Notes under the pieces: model-generated
Seen by the model: the letters and a program-made list of their open reading frames with translations, nothing else
Databases searched by the model: none
What the model was told of the DNA's origin: nothing
Source: Bryobacterales bacterium
Lineage (GTDB): Bacteria > Acidobacteriota > Terriglobia > Bryobacterales > UBA6623
Length of the DNA stretch: 64,000 nt
Direction of reading: 5' to 3'
Assembly: GCA_963422375.2 (NCBI GenBank)
Contig: OY729427.2
Coordinates: 1,780,794 to 1,844,793, forward strand
Shown here: one piece after another, positions 60,530-64,000 of the stretch
Layout of the letters: every line of letters begins with the position of its first letter
Numbering within the stretch: position 1 is the stretch's first letter
Translations under genes and position numbers: made by a program

Positions 60530-62458
60530 TCAGCTCTCCGGGGTCCACACCACCAGGCTGGCGCGCGTCCCCCGCCGCACCGGCAGCACGCGGTGCGGGT
60601 GCGTGATCCGCGACGGCCACAGCAGCAGCCAGCCGTCGTCCGCCGCGCCGTCGTCGAAATTCTGGCGCGGGAAGCGCAGCTGCCCGCCCGCGCAGGCCCG
60701 CCGCAGGCGGATCGAGCAGGACAGGTAGCTGATGTCCTCGTGCAGCCGCAGCGACGGCTGGCGGTCCGGGCGGTAGCGGATCAGGAAGGCGTCGCAGGGG
60801 TCCTTCCAGGCGGCGGGATGCCAGCGCGCCGCGACCGCCGGACCGACGACCGCGCGCAGGGTCTCGTCCAGCCACGCCCGCAGCGCCGGGTCCAGCGCGC
60901 GCAGGCGCAGCTCGTCGCCCGGCACGGCGTCCCCCTCCAGCGGCTGCCAGGCGTCGCTGGCCTCCGCTCTCTCGAGCAGCCCGGCGCAGGCCGCGCGCGA
61001 CAGGAACGGCATGCCCAGGACGCCCGGCGCCAGCTCCAGCCAGCGCCCGGCGTCCGGGTCCAGCTCGAGCGCCGCCGGCGGCGGGCCCGGCAGGAACGGG
61101 TCCAGCGAGGCCTGCGGGCCGTTGGCGTGCAGGATCGCCGGGTAGCAGCCGGTGGCCGCGTTGAAGGCCGCGCCGTCGCGCCGCTCGACGGCGCCCTCCT
61201 CGCCGCCCAGCGACTGGAACAGCCAGGCCTCCGAGTCGACCCGCCAGGCGCGCGGGTTGGCCAGCACGGCGGCCTGCATCCAGGCCTGGTCGTCGCCGTC
61301 GGGCGGCAGGCCCTGCAGCACCCAGTCCAGCGTCTCGGCGTGCCCGGCGAAGGCGCCGCTGCACGCGTGCCGGTAGCGCTCGGCGACGCCCTCGCGGCGC
61401 CACGGCCAGTCCTCCCAGTACGCCTGCCAGGCGCGCTCCGGGTCGGGCACCCACTCGTTGCGCGGGGGCCACAGCCCGCGCTCCCCGGAGATCGCCGCCG
61501 GGCAGTCCATGCCGGCGAAGCGCGCCCAGAACTCCGCGGCCGGGACCAGCGGCAGCGTGTCGTAGCCGTCCAGCGCCAGCACGACGCGCCGCCGCGGGTC
61601 GGATCCCGCGAGGTCCTCCCGCAGCCAGCGCAGCTTGGGCATGCCGCCCTCCGCCGAGGCGTCCCAGCCCGGCTCGCCCGCGCCGAGGACCCGCGGGCGG
61701 TAGCCGAGGTCGCGCAGGGCCCCCAGCGCCTCCCCGGCCCGGGCCGGCTCGGTGGCGAAGACGACCGTCTCGAAGTCGAAGGCCGGCGGGGAGAGGCCGG
61801 CCGCGGTGGACGATTCCCAGCGCCCGGACGGCCCGGCCGGCCGCTCCCGCAGGCAGCGGGCCGCGATCCCCGCCGGCGGCTGCTGCCCCAGCTCGCCGCG
61901 CACGCGCGGGTTGAAGGCCGGGTCCCACGTCCCGCAGTGCCACGGCACGTACTCGTCCGCCGGCACGATCCGGTCCGGATCGACCGCCGCGGCCAGCCCG
62001 GCCGCGGCCTCCCGCGAGAGCCAGTAGGCCGTCAGCGTCCACGTGTACGGCGCCGCGCACCAGGGGCCCGGGCCCGGCTCGGGCTCGCAGCGCCACTGCG
62101 AGTGCAGGTACACCAGGCCGGCGCCGGCGAAGGCCTCCGCCGGCAGCCCGTCCAGGCGGGCCGTCAGCGCGGCGTCGTCCTCGAAGACGAAGCCCCCGCC
62201 CGCGTCGCCGGCGGCGATGCGCCGCCAGGCCTCGAGGTGCCCCGCGAAGCAGGCCAGCTCGCCCCACGTCAGCAGGGCCCCGGTCCGCTCCTCGCGCCAG
62301 CGGGGCCAGGCGAACAGCGGCTCGCCGCGGGCCGCGCTGCCGCGCGGGGCGCCGATCCAGCGGATCGCGGCCGGGTCCGCGCCGCCGTGGCGCTCGAGCT
62401 CGAACGCGACGGCCTCGCGCCGCTCGGGAAAGGCGTTGATGACGTAGGCGGGATCCAT
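60530..62458 (-). CDS. Three-domain GT25 + PLOD-type glycosyltransferase + lysyl-hydroxylase-like 2OG-Fe(II) enzyme
   Basis: GT25: [98 protein letters not shown]. Confidence 0.88.
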   Translation of the reverse strand: MDPAYVINAFPERREAVAFELERHGGADPAAIRWIGAPRGSAARGEPLFAWPRWREERTGALLTWGELACFAGHLEAWRRIAAGDAGGGFVFEDDAALTARLDGLPAEAFAGAGLVYLHSQWRCEPEPGPGPWCAAPYTWTLTAYWLSREAAAGLAAAVDPDRIVPADEYVPWHCGTWDPAFNPRVRGELGQQPPAGIAARCLRERPAGPSGRWESSTAAGLSPPAFDFETVVFATEPARAGEALGALRDLGYRPRVLGAGEPGWDASAEGGMPKLRWLREDLAGSDPRRRVVLALDGYDTLPLVPAAEFWARFAGMDCPAAISGERGLWPPRNEWVPDPERAWQAYWEDWPWRREGVAERYRHACSGAFAGHAETLDWVLQGLPPDGDDQAWMQAAVLANPRAWRVDSEAWLFQSLGGEEGAVERRDGAAFNAATGCYPAILHANGPQASLDPFLPGPPPAALELDPDAGRWLELAPGVLGMPFLSRAACAGLLERAEASDAWQPLEGDAVPGDELRLRALDPALRAWLDETLRAVVGPAVAARWHPAAWKDPCDAFLIRYRPDRQPSLRLHEDISYLSCSIRLRRACAGGQLRFPRQNFDDGAADDGWLLLWPSRITHPHRVLPVRRGTRASLVVWTPES

Positions 62459-62465
62459 GTCGCTC

Positions 62466-64000
<1,535 letters not shown>

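Noticed and set aside
58797..62267. 1156-aa ORF apparently fusing a long domain to collagen C
   Set aside because: The upstream part is an off-frame shadow of the modifying enzyme and collagen B; the real gene starts at 59663

Overview
GC-rich bacterial chromosome window. The TonB receptor type and gene content suggest Acidobacteriota (Bryobacterales-like); this is inference. Bases 1-43250 are host metabolic and housekeeping genes: Gfo/Idh/MocA oxidoreductases, TonB-dependent receptor, B12 radical SAM, PIG-L deacetylase, a topoisomerase III-RecQ fusion, meaB-mce, hemE-hemG and others. They are mixed with decayed mobile DNA (a MITE in two copies, an IS4 remnant, two TnpB remnants). This part also holds a probable selenocysteine rhodanese lipoprotein (in-frame TGA at the catalytic Cys) and a promoter/terminator-bounded sRNA candidate. 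From about 43250 to the window end lies a prophage inserted into an amidohydrolase gene. It carries an integrase, replication and recombination genes, a cro/cI switch, three copies of a 63-nt twin-hairpin element in the early operon, and a defence/anti-defence cassette (Csx16-like protein, two cytosine MTases, REase fragment, MORC-REase). The top finding is a phage operon with four collagen-like genes, a three-domain GT25 + PLOD-type glycosyltransferase + lysyl-hydroxylase enzyme and a second 2OG-Fe(II) oxygenase. It looks like a self-contained, animal-style collagen hydroxylation and glycosylation system. All family assignments are from motif recognition by eye; no searches were run.
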